The notes beneath the pieces are model-generated. The model had not been told where the DNA came from. It was given only the letters and a program-made list of their open reading frames with translations, and did no database searches. A stretch of 32,000 bases of DNA from an uncultured Alphaproteobacteria bacterium (GTDB taxonomy: Bacteria; Pseudomonadota; Alphaproteobacteria; Rs-D84). The stretch is taken from contig OZ007020.1 in NCBI GenBank assembly GCA_963931495.1, positions 30,001 to 62,000 on the forward strand. Reading direction: 5' to 3'. Positions 30,890-32,000 of the stretch are shown here, piece after piece. Numbering within the stretch: the first letter of the stretch is position 1; the number at the start of each line of letters is the position of its first letter. Both the position numbers and the translations under genes were made by a program.

Positions 30890-32000
30890 CTAAAACACAC
30901 CGCCAACCGCCGGTCCAGACTGGCGTGCCGCCCGCTGTGGTGCCGGATTTGGATGTTGACCAGGCTTGAACGCTTCGGTAATAATCATGCCATTCGGGTC
31001 GTCTGATGCCGCCGCACCGGTGCGCCGATTGACACGAACAAACGTTAATCCATCTGGGATGGCAAACGGTTGATTTGTTTCATTTGCCAACGCAACACGC
31101 ATAAAATCAGCAAAAACACGGGCGGCCATATGACTGCCACTGCCGGGGCCAAGTGGCTTTGGGGTATCAAACCCTAAATAAACCCCCGCGATTAAATTCT
31201 TGGAAAATCCGACGAACCATACGTCTTTGACATCATTCGTGGTGCCTGTTTTTCCCGCAATTGTGTGGCCATATACACGTGCCTGTTTGCCGGTACCGCG
31301 TTCAACCGCCCCCTGTAAGATTGATACCATTTGATATAAACTTTGTGCATCTGACAATGGTTGGGATTCAGCAACACGTTCAGGTGGCAACAAATCTTCG
31401 TGCCATTCAATCAATTCTGTGACATTACCGCCAATGGCATGGCCATATCTGTCTTCTATATAATCCACCATTTTCGGCTGTATCGCGCGACCACCATTTA
31501 CAAATGCCGAATACCCAGTAACCAGCCGTTGCAACGTTGTTTCACCCGACCCCAATGCCAAAGACAAGTTAACATCGGCCAAATCATCTGGATATACCCC
31601 AAAACGCTGGGCCACTTCTATGGCGTTTTCAACCCCCAGTTGTTGAACCATGCGAACCGCCGGAATATTTCGTGATGTTTCAACCGCCAAACGCAGCGGT
31701 ATATCCCCCATAAATTTACGGTCATAATTTTCTGGTTTCCATAAACTGTTGTCCGCACGCAGTCCGACAATTGGGGCATCTAATATTAACGCTTCGGGTG
31801 ATATGTCACGTTCCAACGCCGCCAAGTAAACGAACGGCTTAATCGTACTGCCGATTTGGCGCATTGCCTGGGTTGCGCGGTTAAATGCACTGTCGGCAAA
31901 CGAACGCCCGCCCGACATCGCGACAATTCGCCCTGTATGCGGGTTCATGGCAATTATTGCGCCCTGTAACTTTGGTTCATCAGGCCCCAGTTTCGCATTA
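30890..32000 (-). CDS. mrcA: Penicillin-binding protein 1A, C-terminal transpeptidase part (5' end beyond the window)
   Basis: The frame stays open to position 32000 (…QGAIIAMNPHTGRIVAMSGG). SxxK is present as STIKPF, SxN as SRN, and KTG as AGKTGTTND. Confidence 0.92.
   Translation of the reverse strand, partial: NAKLGPDEPKLQGAIIAMNPHTGRIVAMSGGRSFADSAFNRATQAMRQIGSTIKPFVYLAALERDISPEALILDAPIVGLRADNSLWKPENYDRKFMGDIPLRLAVETSRNIPAVRMVQQLGVENAIEVAQRFGVYPDDLADVNLSLALGSGETTLQRLVTGYSAFVNGGRAIQPKMVDYIEDRYGHAIGGNVTELIEWHEDLLPPERVAESQPLSDAQSLYQMVSILQGAVERGTGKQARVYGHTIAGKTGTTNDVKDVWFVGFSKNLIAGVYLGFDTPKPLGPGSGSHMAARVFADFMRVALANETNQPFAIPDGLTFVRVNRRTGAAASDDPNGMIITEAFKPGQHPNPAPQRAARQSGPAVGGVF

Noticed and set aside
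1-32000. Search for tRNA, rRNA, tmRNA, CRISPR arrays, IS elements or transposases and integrases that would mark an island boundary.
   Set aside because: Intergenic regions are too short, apart from 1696-1991, 4950-5146 and 13786-14091, and none of these shows cloverleaf-like or repeat-spacer structure. No ORF has transposase or integrase motifs. The boundary of the accessory block therefore cannot be defined from this window.

Overview
The window looks like a compact, AT-leaning alphaproteobacterial-type chromosome. This is inferred from a DUF2312/GapR gene, a SPOR-tagged PBP5-type carboxypeptidase, and the def-fmt-truA, lspA-yidC and mraY-ftsW-murG neighbourhoods. No database search was possible, so every call rests on motifs I recognise in the translations and on signals read directly from the DNA.

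Positions ~5.1-32 kb are tightly packed housekeeping genes. Several junctions show translational coupling (ATGA, TAATG, TAA directly abutting ATG). The genes are a PagL-like OM protein, yidC, lspA, a CPA2 antiporter, rsmA, recR, a DD-carboxypeptidase, pyk, gapR, pyrG, comEC, truA, fmt, def, rmuC, an acyl-ACP thioesterase, valS, comF, murG, ftsW, mraY, mliC and a partial mrcA.

The first ~5 kb is the accessory part and the best candidate for something undescribed. It holds:
- the 3' end of a VirB10/TrbI-family type IV secretion gene with an unusual ~210-aa cysteine-rich C-terminal extension;
- a regulatory-looking intergenic region (consensus promoter, palindrome, hairpins, direct repeats);
- two orphan small genes;
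- a convergent 729-aa Sec-signal protein, made of a Ser/Thr/Arg-rich degenerate-repeat region followed by a domain with 26 cysteines.

Other points of interest:
- a 93-aa zinc-ribbon-like ORF inserted between fmt and truA;
- a 52-aa tail-anchored ORF below the ORF-track cutoff;
- a 20-bp perfect palindrome over the gapR promoter;
- a secreted 470-aa protein with an OmpA-like C-terminus, coupled to comF;
- a stripped-down dcw cluster with mliC beside it.

I found no rRNA, tRNA, CRISPR or transposase.
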